Of a DNA stretch of 64,000 nt, positions 63,104 through 64,000 are shown piece by piece. The position numbers and the translations under genes were made by a program. The stretch comes from a virus (lineage: Duplodnaviria > Caudoviricetes), in the IMG/VR virus record IMGVR_UViG_3300033075_001896, positions 1 through 64,000 of that record; one strand, given 5' to 3'. Position 1 is the stretch's first letter. The number at the start of each line of letters is the position of its first letter. The notes below the pieces were generated by a model. It was not told where the DNA came from and did no database searches. It was given only the letters and a program-made list of their open reading frames with translations.

Positions 63104-64000
63104 CTACTCCGTCTCGACCGCGCGCCCGCTGCGCAGGGCCGTGGTGGTGTTCTGCCGATTGACGGCCCGCATGACCTCGCGGCCGTCGATCTCTACGATC
63201 GTGGGCCCCGGGGGCGGCGGCGGGGGCGTGTTCACGACGACGGCGGCGGGGGTCTGCGCGGCGGCCATCACGCCCGTCGTGCGGGCGACGTTCGCGGCCG
63301 TCACCGCGCCCGCGCCGGCGGCCTGGGTGTCCACCACGGCGCCCGCCTGCGCGGGGGTCGCGGGGCCTTGCGCGAAGGTCTCCAGGGTGCGCGCCGCGCC
63401 CTCCAGGCCCGAGGGCCGCAGCGCCGCCGGGAGCCCGCGGTACATCGACACGATCTCGCGCGCCACGAGGCGCAAGGGGGCGAGGAGGAGGTTCGGGAGC
63501 GAGCTGAAGGTCGTGCGAATGCCCGCGACGAGGAGCACGAGCGCGAGGCGCGCCCCCGCGAGGTGCACCCCGAACCGCCGCTCCAAGAACCCCCCGACGG
63601 CCCGCAGCGCGCCGAGGATGAGCCCGAACGCGAACCGGGCCACGAAGATGAAGGGGGCGAAGAGGACGCGGGCGAGGGCGGCGAAGACCCCGACGCGCGC
63701 GCGGATCCACCCGAAGAGGGCCACGAAGGGGGCCGTGAGGGTGCGGCCGATCGCGAGCGCCGCGCGTCCGAGGGCACCCCCGATCCACACCGCCGCCCGC
63801 GCGAGGGCCCCGACCATCCACGCGAGCGCCATCCCGACGCGCGCCTGCACGACGTACCACGCGAGCACGATCATCGCGACGGCCACGCGCAGGGGCCAGA
63901 GCGCGCGCCAGAGCGACTGCGCGCCCGCGACGACGCGCCCGCGGAACCGCTCGAACGACCCGTCGGTGCGGCCGAGGAGCACCGCGAGCTCGATGAAGGG
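63104..64000 (-). CDS. Tape measure protein, C-terminal part (runs off window)
   Basis: Ala/Gly/aromatic amphipathic repeats and terminal VEIDGREVMRAV motif. Confidence 0.75.
   Translation of the reverse strand, partial: PFIELAVLLGRTDGSFERFRGRVVAGAQSLWRALWPLRVAVAMIVLAWYVVQARVGMALAWMVGALARAAVWIGGALGRAALAIGRTLTAPFVALFGWIRARVGVFAALARVLFAPFIFVARFAFGLILGALRAVGGFLERRFGVHLAGARLALVLLVAGIRTTFSSLPNLLLAPLRLVAREIVSMYRGLPAALRPSGLEGAARTLETFAQGPATPAQAGAVVDTQAAGAGAVTAANVARTTGVMAAAQTPAAVVVNTPPPPPPGPTIVEIDGREVMRAVNRQNTTTALRSGRAVETE

Larger units (their letters stand above)
997..64000. mobile_element. Temperate contractile-tailed phage genome segment; boundaries not visible in the window
   Basis: Co-occurrence of serine integrase, divergent HTH switch, initiator/DnaB/DnaG, and baseplate spike, gp25, J, I, hub, tail fibre and tape-measure-like genes; no host housekeeping operons. 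Confidence 0.9.

Overview
A very GC-rich temperate myovirus-like phage segment, probably infecting Myxococcota (inferred from a Polyangiales-style DAG-repeat/Cys-rich lipoprotein and the GC content). Layout: (i) a leftward operon from 17.3 kb to 1.0 kb with a Cro-like HTH, a 7-deazaguanine/PAPS-reductase DNA-modification cluster (queC, queD, TGT/DpdA-like, two PAPS-reductase-family genes), a replication initiator with internal iterons, DnaB, SNF2 helicase, amino-MTase, RecU-like nuclease and a sigma-region-4 protein, ending unexpectedly in the baseplate spike gene; (ii) an immunity region at 17-19 kb; (iii) a rightward early operon from 18.9 to 40.4 kb with DUF5131, a CX5R phosphatase, DnaG, a large repeat-containing C5 MTase, NUDIX, SLOG and a large serine recombinase carrying a probable intragenic attP; (iv) a mostly leftward lysis/tail/baseplate region from 40.4 to 64 kb broken up by accessory inserts. 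The most notable unexplained signal is a compact element, GG(G/A)TGAC-N7/8-GA(G/A)GG..., with exactly 15 nt between TGAC and the start codon. It heads six late gene blocks (plus one 14-nt variant), and these blocks are scattered or inverted. Two paralogous sigma-region-4 proteins sit next to displaced baseplate genes. A receiver-domain/transmembrane fusion lies at the head of the putative lysis cassette. No head, portal or terminase genes, tRNAs or CRISPR arrays were seen. All functional calls come from motif recognition by eye; no database searches were run.
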